DNA from: a virus
Taxonomy: Duplodnaviria; Heunggongvirae; Uroviricota; Caudoviricetes
Length of the DNA: 64,000 bases
IMG/VR virus record: IMGVR_UViG_3300011727_000001
Span: 19,900-83,899 of that record
Direction: 5' to 3' (one strand)
Below, in pieces: positions 8,906 through 16,655 of this stretch. The translations under genes were made by a program, and so were the position numbers. Below the pieces are notes generated by a model that had not been told where the DNA came from, ran no database searches, and saw nothing but the letters and a program-made list of their open reading frames with translations. Each line of letters begins with the position of its first letter. Position 1 is the stretch's first letter.

Positions 8906-9634
8906 TCACTCGGCGATCTCCGCCAATGCCGCATCAAGTTCTTTGTCGGTGATCTGGTCTTGGAGCCCTTTCACATCGAACTGATCAATCAGAAGATGAA
9001 CCAAGGCGTCACCGGCGTTTGTAAGATCATCAGCATCAGTGAAGGATTGGGCTTTTTGCGTTCGAGCGATCAAAGCGGTCAGCCGCTCTGCGTCACGCAG
9101 GGATAGTTTAAAGCGCATTACCGTATGAGTTTTGGGCGCCTTGGCGGCCGGAGGTTCAGGCGCCTCCTCAATCTCCGACGTTTCGAAATTCCCGTCAATT
9201 TCCAGATCGTCGAGCGCTATATTAACACTTGAGAAGATTGTTGTGAGATCCTCGTCCCCATAAGGAAGGAAGCTTTGCAGTTCGTTTGCATCACCCATGC
9301 TTTTAAGAAGTTCGGCAAAGCTCAAGGTGTCATCGGCGCCGTAACGAGCATTATCGAGAACCGAAATCTCTTTGGCGCGCTTATCATCAATCGGCCCCAG
9401 ATTTACGACTGGAATTTCAGAAAGTCCGAGTTTAACGGCTGCCTGCCATCGATGCTCGCCGCCGATAATCTCCAGCACACCATCAACTTCTCGAACAACA
9501 ACAGGCTTGAATAGCCCGTTTCGTTTAATCGACTCCTCAAGTTTCGCTTCATTATCAGGCGACACGAAATTCGTGTTCCAGGAGTTAGCCTGAAGCTTTT
9601 GAGGGGCAATATTGAGCAATTGTGGTTGCGGCAA
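8906..9634 (-). CDS. ParB-like nuclease domain protein 2
   Basis: ParB box GGEHRWQAA. 242 aa. Acidic C-terminal half. Confidence 0.6.
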   Translation of the reverse strand: MPQPQLLNIAPQKLQANSWNTNFVSPDNEAKLEESIKRNGLFKPVVVREVDGVLEIIGGEHRWQAAVKLGLSEIPVVNLGPIDDKRAKEISVLDNARYGADDTLSFAELLKSMGDANELQSFLPYGDEDLTTIFSSVNIALDDLEIDGNFETSEIEEAPEPPAAKAPKTHTVMRFKLSLRDAERLTALIARTQKAQSFTDADDLTNAGDALVHLLIDQFDVKGLQDQITDKELDAALAEIAE

Positions 9635-9646
9635 AGCATTATCCTC

Positions 9647-9669
9647 TGTTAAGTAACTACTTACTTACC
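9647..9669. promoter_or_regulatory. Promoter-like motif in a divergent intergenic region (ParB2 gene on minus strand, helicase gene on plus strand)
   Basis: GTTAAGTAACTACTTACTTACC. Confidence 0.4.
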
Positions 9670-9703
9670 ACAAAAGCCACAATAGGCAATAAGGATTTTT
9701 TCT

Positions 9704-11299
9704 ATGGCTGTTATTCAGCTCGCGCATAACGCAGTCGCAGCAAAACTGGTAAACCCACCGGCCGACGTCGCTCAGATCACCGCAGATCTGCTGTCTTATG
9801 TCGTGGATGGCGCTGATCATTTGTGGTCGGTGAATAGCGGCCGCTGGGATGGAAAGTCCTCTTTTTACGATACGGTCAAACATACCTTCCCGGCTGGGTT
9901 CGTTTATCTTGTCCACGCGGAGCTGAAAAAACGCGGCCATACTGTGCATCTTATCCGCAAGCCTCATCACGAACCTTTGGGGCCGGAGAATCCTATCGTT
10001 GATCAGTTCGGAAATGATGATCCTCGATATGACTATCAGATGCGTGCGCTTAGGCAGGTTGAGAAACACGGCCGCGGAATTATTCAGGTAGCCACCGGTG
10101 GGGGTAAGTCCAAGATCGCAAAGCTGATCATGGCTCGATACCGCCGCATGTCCTTGTTTCTAACAACTCGCGGCATTCTTCTCTATCAAATGGATGATCA
10201 ACTGAAAGAGATCGGTCTTAACACCGGCCAGATTGGCGATGGCGAATTCAAGGTTGTGCGCGGTGTTAACCTTGGAATGGTGCAGACGTTGGTTCAGGCG
10301 TTGGAAGTGCCGGATCTTAATGCAGAGATACGAGCGGTCGTGAAATCAATTCATTTGTCGAAGAACAAGGATGAAAATTTACCGCGTGAACGAATTGTCG
10401 AAATAGCTAAAGAGCGATTTGACGAAAAGACGAAAAAGCGAAATCGCATTCTCAAAGTGCTTGAAATGATTGAGGTTGTAATAGGTGAGGAAGCACATGA
10501 GGCCGGCGGTGAAAGCTATTACAAGATCCTGCAGCACTGTAAGAACGCTTCTATTCGAGTTGCGCTGACCGCCACTCCGTTTATGCGCGATAGCGCCGAA
10601 GATAATATGAGACTGATGGCTGCTTTTGGGCCGAAGCTGATCGTCATCACCGAGGAAATGCTGATCAACCGCGGCATCCTTGCAAAACCGTATTTCAAGT
10701 TTGTTGACTGCGCCCCTCACCCAAAATTGCGACGCACAAGCCCTTGGGAGCGCGCCTATAAGCTCGGCTATATCGATAATGACTTTATGCTGCAGGACGC
10801 ATTGAAGGATGCGCTGAGGGCAAAAAATGTCGGCTTGCCGGTTATGACGCTCTGCGTGCGTAAAGAGCACGGTCAAAAGATCGAGGACTATTACAACGCT
10901 AACGGTTTGCGTGCGAAATTTATCTACGGCGAAAGCAAGATGGAAATTCGCCGGCGTTACATCGACATGCTCGCGACCGGCGAGATCGATGTCCTGATCG
11001 GCACCACTATTCTTGATGTGGGTGTTGACGTGCCAGCTGTCGGATTGGTTCAGCGCCTGGGCGGCTATAAAGCTGAAGTGCAATTGCGCCAACAGATTGG
11101 TCGTGGATTGCGAGCAAAGAAGAATATGCCAAACTATGCCTTCATCGCTGATTACTCCTGCAACATTAACACCACTCTCTCCGACCACGCTCGGCAGCGT
11201 CGATCCATTGTGGAAGCAACTCCGGGTTTCGTTGAAGGCATTCTTCCTAAAGGACAGGATTTTGATTGGTCTATCTTCGAGACAAAGGCGGCCGCATGA
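9704..11299 (+). CDS. SF2 DNA/RNA helicase (DEAH/type III restriction-res-like)
   Basis: Motif I ATGGGKSK, motif II GEEAHE, motif VI QQIGRGLR. 531 aa. Confidence 0.7.
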   Translation: MAVIQLAHNAVAAKLVNPPADVAQITADLLSYVVDGADHLWSVNSGRWDGKSSFYDTVKHTFPAGFVYLVHAELKKRGHTVHLIRKPHHEPLGPENPIVDQFGNDDPRYDYQMRALRQVEKHGRGIIQVATGGGKSKIAKLIMARYRRMSLFLTTRGILLYQMDDQLKEIGLNTGQIGDGEFKVVRGVNLGMVQTLVQALEVPDLNAEIRAVVKSIHLSKNKDENLPRERIVEIAKERFDEKTKKRNRILKVLEMIEVVIGEEAHEAGGESYYKILQHCKNASIRVALTATPFMRDSAEDNMRLMAAFGPKLIVITEEMLINRGILAKPYFKFVDCAPHPKLRRTSPWERAYKLGYIDNDFMLQDALKDALRAKNVGLPVMTLCVRKEHGQKIEDYYNANGLRAKFIYGESKMEIRRRYIDMLATGEIDVLIGTTILDVGVDVPAVGLVQRLGGYKAEVQLRQQIGRGLRAKKNMPNYAFIADYSCNINTTLSDHARQRRSIVEATPGFVEGILPKGQDFDWSIFETKAAA

Positions 11300-11493
11300 C
11301 GCCGGATGAGAAACGTCTAGCCATTCACTTCTTTGACGCCCGTGGGAAGTCCATGCTTACACGGGATCATCAGGAGGAGCTAATTAACAAGCTTGAGGCT
11401 GAAAACCTTGAATTAAGGCGCTTGCTGAAGAAAGCAAGTGCGGCGCTAAAGGTCGAAAGAGCTAAATCGGTAATTACCGAAACCCTGAATTAG
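11266..11493 (+). CDS. Small coiled-coil protein
   Basis: 75 aa, overlaps the helicase 3' end. Leucine-zipper-like LINKLEAENLELRRLLKK. Confidence 0.3.
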   Translation: MVYLRDKGGRMTPDEKRLAIHFFDARGKSMLTRDHQEELINKLEAENLELRRLLKKASAALKVERAKSVITETLN

Positions 11494-11510
11494 CGCATTA
11501 TCCCGTAACT

Positions 11511-11550
11511 GCCCTGCTATAAGTAAGTGATTAGTTACTATTAGCAGGGC
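11511..11550 (+). promoter_or_regulatory. Promoter-like motif (TAAGTAAGTGATTAGTTACTA) in the loop of a perfect 9-bp inverted repeat (GCCCTGCTA / TAGCAGGGC), upstream of the plus-strand kinase gene
   Basis: Read directly. Same core as the motif at 40308-40336. Confidence 0.5.
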
Positions 11551-11556
11551 AACGAC

Positions 11557-12126
11557 ATGCAATACATCCCCTACCCTCGTTTTATTGCGCTTTGCGGCAA
11601 TCCGACATCCGGTAAATCAACGGCGCAAGAGATCCTTTCGAAGGATCTTAATTATCTCCCAATCGACGACGGTCATGTGCTGCGTGAATTCGCGGTGAAT
11701 AAGCTTGGTCTTTCATGGGACGATGTTCAGACAATCGACGGTAAGCTCCGCGAAACCGAAATTCTCGGAAAGACATGGCAGAACCGAAAACTACTGGGCG
11801 AGCTGGGCAATGTGCTTGAAGGCATGTTCGGCGAGCACATCATGCCGTTCATCGCCACTCGTAATCTTTATCCTAATGCCTTTTATTCATTTGGCTCTGT
11901 TCGCAAGACCCAGGGGCAGTTCTTCCGTGCCAATGGCGGCGTTGTAATTGAGATCGTAAATCCCCTCGCTCCGCCGAGCGGAAATGCTTTCGATGAATAC
12001 GACCGCAGCTGCATCAGCGCAACCGTCATTAATGACGGTCAGGTTCGTTATGACGATCCGGCCCAAGCCAAAGAGGTGCTGCGTCAAGACTTGCTGGCGA
12101 CAGTCGAGAGATTGCGCCATGGATAA
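11557..12126 (+). CDS. P-loop kinase, deoxynucleoside-monophosphate-kinase-like
   Basis: Walker A GNPTSGKST. ~190 aa, a size typical of phage dNMP kinases. Family assignment is tentative. Confidence 0.45.
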   Translation: MQYIPYPRFIALCGNPTSGKSTAQEILSKDLNYLPIDDGHVLREFAVNKLGLSWDDVQTIDGKLRETEILGKTWQNRKLLGELGNVLEGMFGEHIMPFIATRNLYPNAFYSFGSVRKTQGQFFRANGGVVIEIVNPLAPPSGNAFDEYDRSCISATVINDGQVRYDDPAQAKEVLRQDLLATVERLRHG

Positions 12127-12646
12127 GCCTTTAACTGCAACATGGCTCTCTGGTGTCGGGATTAAGCGGCCAGAAGCGCTCACCCTCAATGTTAAAAGCT
12201 TCTCACTTGGCGGGGTCGTGTCCCGAACGCAACAAGAGCCGGGATATCAGGTCTTTTGTGAAGGCGATTTCATTGGCTGGTTCAATTATCAAGGAGCGTT
12301 TCAAGGCAACTCCTTGAGCATTCCTATTTTGGAAATGGATGATCTATCACAATTGACGAGAGGCGCGCCTCATCAGGCCATCAAATCGCCTGTAAGCAAT
12401 CGAACAATTCATCTCAAATGCGAAACCATGCATCGAAAGCTTGACGAACTTGAACTCGCGTTGGCTCAAGACAGAGAAGTCGTGCATTCTGCCTTTAAAC
12501 AAAAGCACAACATTCCAACAAGCGCTGAAATCTCACGGGAGCCGCGTGATAACAGTATTCTCTACCGCTGGCGCGTATTCGTGGTTTCCTTGGATGATTC
12601 AGAGCTTCTCTTCGATCTTCCCGGCTTTACTCCCTCCCCTGACTAG
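12117..12646 (+). CDS. Hypothetical protein
   Basis: ~176 aa. ATG at 12118 overlaps the kinase stop codon. Confidence 0.35.
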
Positions 12647-12668
12647 ACTTTCTTAACCATTATGGTCT

Positions 12669-12708
12669 ATCCGTTTTTAGCTAGAACACGAAATAGCTAA
12701 AAACGGAT
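12669..12708. promoter_or_regulatory. 15-bp perfect inverted repeat (ATCCGTTTTTAGCTA n10 TAGCTAAAAACGGAT) just upstream of the ParA gene; candidate operator or centromere-like site
   Basis: Read directly. Contains the TAGCTAAA element that recurs elsewhere in the window. Confidence 0.5.
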
Positions 12709-12715
12709 ATAGCCA

Positions 12716-13375
12716 ATGAGCGAATTAGTGATCGCGTGCCTATCCCAGAAGGGCGGCGTAGGTAAATCTACCCTCGCTCGTTTGATCGCCAGAACTTATG
12801 CTTCTGCCGGCTGGCGCGTAAAAATAGCTGACTTCAATACCAAACAGCTCACCTCTGTCGATTGGGTGGGCATGAGAATGTCTACCGATATGGTGCCGGA
12901 GATTGCGGCGGAGCCATATACCTCGGTCAAGGGTTTCAAGCGCGAGCCGTTTGATTTGATCGTTGCCGATGGCAAGCCTGATAGTGATAACTCCAGTCTG
13001 GATATCGCTAAGGCCGCGCAGCTGGTGATTATTCCAACCGGTTTGGCTTTGGACGATCTTAAACCCCAAATCCTATTCGCGAACGAACTGGTTTCAAAAG
13101 GCGTTGACCGCAAGCGGATCTTAATCGTCCTGAATAAAATCACCGAAAGCACAACTGCTGTTCAAGAGGCGCGCGAATATCTGCGGTCAGCTGGGTATCA
13201 GATCGCGGAAAACGACCTTACTGCAAAGACCGGCTATCAGATGGCGCAGAATATCGGCCGGTCGGTAGCTGAAACGAATTTCCAATCTCTGAACGAGCGC
13301 GCCGATGAACTGGCCGCAGAAATTGTCCAGAAGATGAACGAATTATCGGAGGCCGCAAATGAGCAAGGCAAGTAA
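12716..13375 (+). CDS. parA: ParA/MinD-family partition ATPase
   Basis: Deviant Walker A LSQKGGVGKST. 219 aa. Confidence 0.8.
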   Translation: MSELVIACLSQKGGVGKSTLARLIARTYASAGWRVKIADFNTKQLTSVDWVGMRMSTDMVPEIAAEPYTSVKGFKREPFDLIVADGKPDSDNSSLDIAKAAQLVIIPTGLALDDLKPQILFANELVSKGVDRKRILIVLNKITESTTAVQEAREYLRSAGYQIAENDLTAKTGYQMAQNIGRSVAETNFQSLNERADELAAEIVQKMNELSEAANEQGK

Positions 13376-13616
13376 TCCAACCAAAGCCCCTGTGCCAAAG
13401 CCAGCCCGTTCGCTCAAAATGAGCTTTATGGGAGCCGCTGTAGCCCCGACAACTCCTGCAAGCAATATGACCGAAAAGCTGAAGGATATGAGCTTTAAAG
13501 TCGATCCGGAGTTTCACCGTCGCTACAAATCAGCGGCGGCGCTTAATGGCGTTCAAATGAAGGATATCCTTGAACAAAGCTTTGAACTCTGGCTGGAAAA
13601 GCAGAATTCAAAATGA
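13359..13616 (+). CDS. ParG-like small DNA-binding partner (putative ribbon-helix-helix C-terminus)
   Basis: 85 aa. Overlaps the ParA stop. Disordered basic N-terminus and structured C-terminus, typical of ParG/RHH centromere-binding proteins. Confidence 0.4.
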   Translation: MSKASNPTKAPVPKPARSLKMSFMGAAVAPTTPASNMTEKLKDMSFKVDPEFHRRYKSAAALNGVQMKDILEQSFELWLEKQNSK

Positions 13617-13730
13617 GGAGGCGCCCGTTACAGGGCGCTTTCGCTTTTTAGCGATAAGGCTAAAGGCCGAAATCGCGAAAACAATCATGGCAATCGAGAA
13701 GATGGCGTGCGTTACAATAACTTCAGTCAT
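13608..13730 (-). CDS. Small TM peptide (~40 aa), translationally coupled to the HslV-like gene
   Basis: MTEVIVTHAIFSIAMIVFAISAFSLIAKKRKR.... Its ATG overlaps the HslV-like stop (TATGACTGA). Confidence 0.3.
   Translation of the reverse strand: MTEVIVTHAIFSIAMIVFAISAFSLIAKKRKRPVTGASSF
13619..13649 (+). terminator. Rho-independent terminator ending the ParA/ParG operon
   Basis: GCGCCC-gttaca-GGGCGC followed by TTTCGCTTTTT. Confidence 0.6.
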
Positions 13731-14193
13731 AGCTGACAGTCTCCACTTTACCGCCAGTCCACGGATCAAGCTGAATTGCCAGCTCAACCGCTTCAACGGC
13801 ACTCCTGCCCAGAACCATAGCGGCAAGTGCAGTCTGCTCACCGCTGCCAATTGCGTAGTAATCGGCCTTTAGAGGGCCGCTGAAAGCCTGTCCATCATCC
13901 CAGTAGTAGGCATCACCGGCTTTATCGACAACGAGCGCCTGGACGCCGTATTCGCGATCTGCATTAATTCTGGTCAGATCGCTACTTCCAGTCCCAAGAT
14001 GCTCAACAAGAAGGTGTAGGAAGCACGTTGGCTCGCCAACCTTACTGGACGAGATGCCGATGAGAAAATCACCGATCTTAAAGACTTTGCTTTTGGAGCC
14101 GATCGGATGTTTATCACCAGACCATGCTCGGCTGTCTCCAGCCATAATTCCATCACGATAAGCAATTGTGGTCATTGGAACGCTTTCTGACAT
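13723..14193 (-). CDS. HslV/proteasome-beta-like Ntn-hydrolase peptidase; mature N-terminus probably the MTTIAY start near 14175
   Basis: TTIAYRDGIMAGDSR matches the HslV TTIVSVRRNGHVVIAGDGQ region. KVFKIGDFLIGISS matches KVRRLYNDKVIAGFAG. YAIGSGEQTALAA matches IAIGSGGPYAQAA. Confidence 0.65.
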   Translation of the reverse strand: MSESVPMTTIAYRDGIMAGDSRAWSGDKHPIGSKSKVFKIGDFLIGISSSKVGEPTCFLHLLVEHLGTGSSDLTRINADREYGVQALVVDKAGDAYYWDDGQAFSGPLKADYYAIGSGEQTALAAMVLGRSAVEAVELAIQLDPWTGGKVETVSYD

Positions 14194-14399
14194 TCGCGAA
14201 CAGCAGTGGCGAAAAGAGCAATCGCAAGTGCGGGATCGACACCGGCGGTCAGAGCTTCCTGAGCTGATATCTCGATTTTAGCATTGGCAGCAGTCATAGC
14301 CTCAATAATCTCCGCTTTGTAAGCTTCGAGGCTTTCGGTGTAGCGGAGTAGGGCGCTTGCTTTCTGAAGCTCCGGATCATGATTATCGACGTGAGACAT
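14172..14399 (-). CDS. Hypothetical protein
   Basis: 75 aa, all-alpha. Overlaps the HslV-like gene start. Confidence 0.35.
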   Translation of the reverse strand: MSHVDNHDPELQKASALLRYTESLEAYKAEIIEAMTAANAKIEISAQEALTAGVDPALAIALFATAVRECQKAFQ

Positions 14400-14423
14400 G
14401 AAACCTCTCTTTCAGTCATAACC

Positions 14424-14445
14424 ATAAGTAAGCGCTTACCTACAG
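14424..14445 (-). promoter_or_regulatory. Promoter-like motif (ATAAGTAAGCGCTTACCTACAG)
   Basis: Consensus core, 25 nt upstream of the 14399 start. Confidence 0.4.
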
Positions 14446-14740
14446 TCAATCGGAAATAGCGGTTTAGCTAAAGGGCGATAAGGCTATGTAGCGAAATAGC
14501 AGGAGCGGTGGTTAGAGAGGATATTCGGGTTCTGGGATTTCCCGGATGTCAACTTAAGCCAATGTCCGTCTCGATAAGTCCAGTAGGAGAGGTGGTTAGG
14601 AGCCGGAAGTGTGGCGAGCGATGTATGTATCCCCTTGATTTCATTACGTTTTTTCTAAGACTTCGCTTGCATCATGTGCAGCATATGCTATTCTCTAATC
14701 ATCAGAGAGCGAGACAAACAAACAAGCAATCTGACAAAAC

Positions 14741-14768
14741 AAATAATAAGTAATCAGTTACTAAATTA
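14741..14768 (+). promoter_or_regulatory. Promoter-like motif in plus orientation (AAATAATAAGTAATCAGTTACTAAATT), followed by the GAGAGAGAAA ribosome-binding site and the ATG at 14784
   Basis: Same sequence as the reverse complement of the minus-strand copies, which shows the motif follows the orientation of the downstream gene. Confidence 0.55.
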
Positions 14769-14783
14769 AGAGAGAGAAATATT

Positions 14784-15362
14784 ATGACAACTTCTGAAAA
14801 TGCATTCTTCATCGCTGTATCTAATCGCGCAAAAGACGTGAAAAGCGAAAGCAACAAACAGCTTGCTATGAAGTTAGCAACAGCAATATCGCTTTCGAAA
14901 AACACAAACTTTCTTGAAAAGCTGAATGTTTCATCTGCTGATTTTGTTGATACGAAACACGCTGCTGACAAGCTTTGCTTGTATAGCATCAGACAGATAG
15001 TCAATGTTGTATCTGCTATCACAAAAGCGACAGAACGCGCTTCACTGCATGACATAAGCGAAACAGTCTTTGCAGCGCTTCGCACAATGATCAACTTTTC
15101 AAACGCTGATCGCGCTTTCACAAAAGCTGACTTATGCGCTTGTATTGATAGCGCTGCGAAGATCAGCGACGATAAAAAAGCGCTGATCTATCGTAAGAAA
15201 GCAATGCACGACGCTGCTTATGCAAATCGTCAAATGACAATCGCGCTCAACGTAATGCGCGTTCTGAAAATGATCAAAACAGAAAACAAGTTTGAATATA
15301 CTGTAGCGAAGAATAACAGCGCAGTTAAAGCACTCAATAAGCTGTTTGATGAACATAAGTAA
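14784..15362 (+). CDS. Hypothetical all-alpha protein in an AT-rich island with atypical codon usage
   Basis: 192 aa. Strong preference for A-ending codons (GCA/ACA/AAA), unlike the surrounding genes. Confidence 0.5.
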   Translation: MTTSENAFFIAVSNRAKDVKSESNKQLAMKLATAISLSKNTNFLEKLNVSSADFVDTKHAADKLCLYSIRQIVNVVSAITKATERASLHDISETVFAALRTMINFSNADRAFTKADLCACIDSAAKISDDKKALIYRKKAMHDAAYANRQMTIALNVMRVLKMIKTENKFEYTVAKNNSAVKALNKLFDEHK

Positions 15363-15365
15363 TCA

Positions 15366-15399
15366 CTGACTTAGCGCGCTGAAATATGCGCGCTAAGTC
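15366..15399 (+). terminator. 13-bp perfect inverted repeat (TGACTTAGCGCGC n8 GCGCGCTAAGTCA) directly after the 14784 gene; possible terminator without a clear T-run
   Basis: Read directly. Confidence 0.35.
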
Positions 15400-15430
15400 A
15401 CTCAGAACCCCTCGGCGCATCCCGCGCCAC

Positions 15431-15607
15431 ATGACGAGTAGTTCCATGACATTGATTATTCTCAGTTCCTTGGCGGCTCTAGTCGCACGACGCTCATACC
15501 TCGCATTCGATTATCCGTCCGAGCGAAACATATTCGCCTTGGTGATGTCACTCACTCTGCTGGCCGTAATCGCTGTTGGAAGCATGGAAGTTCCTACGCA
15601 TGTATAG
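15431..15607 (+). CDS. Small membrane protein (two predicted TM segments)
   Basis: MTSSSMTLIILSSLAALVARR...LVMSLTLLAVIAVG. Confidence 0.3.
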   Translation: MTSSSMTLIILSSLAALVARRSYLAFDYPSERNIFALVMSLTLLAVIAVGSMEVPTHV

Positions 15608-15788
15608 CGTGATGCTTTTGACAGTGATCGGAACCGGTGCCGGCTCAGTGACGGAAACTCAGATCATTGAGACGGTGCCGACGATTGATGAATGTCTCGA
15701 TTTCAGTGGCCGCTTTCAGCCTCGAAAGATCATTTTACCGACCGGCCAGATGCTGACGATTAAACTGGCGTGTGAGAAGCAAGCATGA
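15576..15788 (+). CDS. Small hypothetical protein with a hydrophobic N-terminus
   Basis: 70 aa; overlaps both neighbouring genes. Confidence 0.3.
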   Translation: MEAWKFLRMYSVMLLTVIGTGAGSVTETQIIETVPTIDECLDFSGRFQPRKIILPTGQMLTIKLACEKQA

Positions 15789-15967
15789 GCAGGAAACAGA
15801 AAGACGCGCCGGAGCTGTATGTGGCTCCGCACAAATACAAACGCGAAACCTTGGCCGCTAGAACGGCGGCCTGGGACACTCTGGATCTGGATGACCTTAA
15901 TCCGCTGGCAGAGATGAATATTCCGATTGGTGTCCTGATTAAGTCCAGCTTTGAAAGGGAGTATTGA
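15785..15967 (+). CDS. Small hypothetical protein
   Basis: 60 aa, start/stop overlaps with neighbours. Confidence 0.3.
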   Translation: MSRKQKDAPELYVAPHKYKRETLAARTAAWDTLDLDDLNPLAEMNIPIGVLIKSSFEREY

Positions 15968-16139
15968 TATGGCTATGACTAATGCAGAAAAGGTGCGCGC
16001 CTATCGCGAACGCCAAAAGATCGCCAAGGGAAGTCCGATCCGGATCAGCCTCACCAAAGGCGAACGCGAAACCCTAATGAGGGCGCTGGAAACCACGGGT
16101 ATGCAGGACAATCCCCTATATGAGCGCCTGAAAGCCTAA
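15951..16139 (+). CDS. Small basic hypothetical protein
   Basis: 62 aa; last gene of the plus-strand island. Confidence 0.3.
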   Translation: MKGSIDMAMTNAEKVRAYRERQKIAKGSPIRISLTKGERETLMRALETTGMQDNPLYERLKA

Positions 16140-16149
16140 CACCCAATTA

Positions 16150-16172
16150 CCCGCTTCGGCGGGTTTCTTTTT
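16150..16172 (+). terminator. Rho-independent terminator
   Basis: CCCGC-ttcg-GCGGG followed by TTTCTTTTT. Confidence 0.7.
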
Positions 16173-16186
16173 GGCTAATCACCACC

Positions 16187-16588
16187 CCATGGCCGCCCCA
16201 AATTTGGACTATAGCCGAGGGAAGGGCGTTCCTCCGCCGGCTCCCATGGCTACACCATGGCGCTTTAGCTAAATGGCTGTAACGCTAAGCCTATAAATAG
16301 CTAAATCGTTACCATGGACACCCTAGGCAACCCACGGGACACCATGGAAAGGGTAGGGGCTAAAATCCCCACAGAAGCCCGTAGACGCGCCCCATGGGGA
16401 AATATAGAACACACTCGCACCCATGGGCTTAAAGCGCCCCTATGCCCCGTTATGTCGATCTGGGGTGGGTTTCTGACCTGTATATGGCGCACCCCGGTTC
16501 CATCCGGCGCCCGCTCCCATGGAGCCCACCGGTTCCAGAAAACCCCATGGGCCGACGTCACCAGGGATCTCCCATGGCAAACCATGGG
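16187..16588. repeat. Array of ~11 irregularly spaced CCATGG iterons, extended consensus (C/A)CCATGG(G/C)
   Basis: Hexamer at about 16187, 16236, 16255, 16312, 16345, 16395, 16425, 16519, 16548, 16572 and 16583. About 0.1 copies expected by chance in 400 bp. Confidence 0.6.
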
Positions 16589-16655
16589 CTGAGACTGGCC
16601 AAAAACAAAGGGTGACCCGTCGATCACCCTTGGTTCATTGAGCTGGACTGATGCT

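Noticed and set aside
16301-16627. ORF-track entries on both strands (108 aa and 92 aa) inside the CCATGG array
   Set aside because: Their Met codons derive from the repeated CCATGG itself. Pro/Gly/Trp-rich low-complexity translations on both strands indicate repeat artefacts, not genes.
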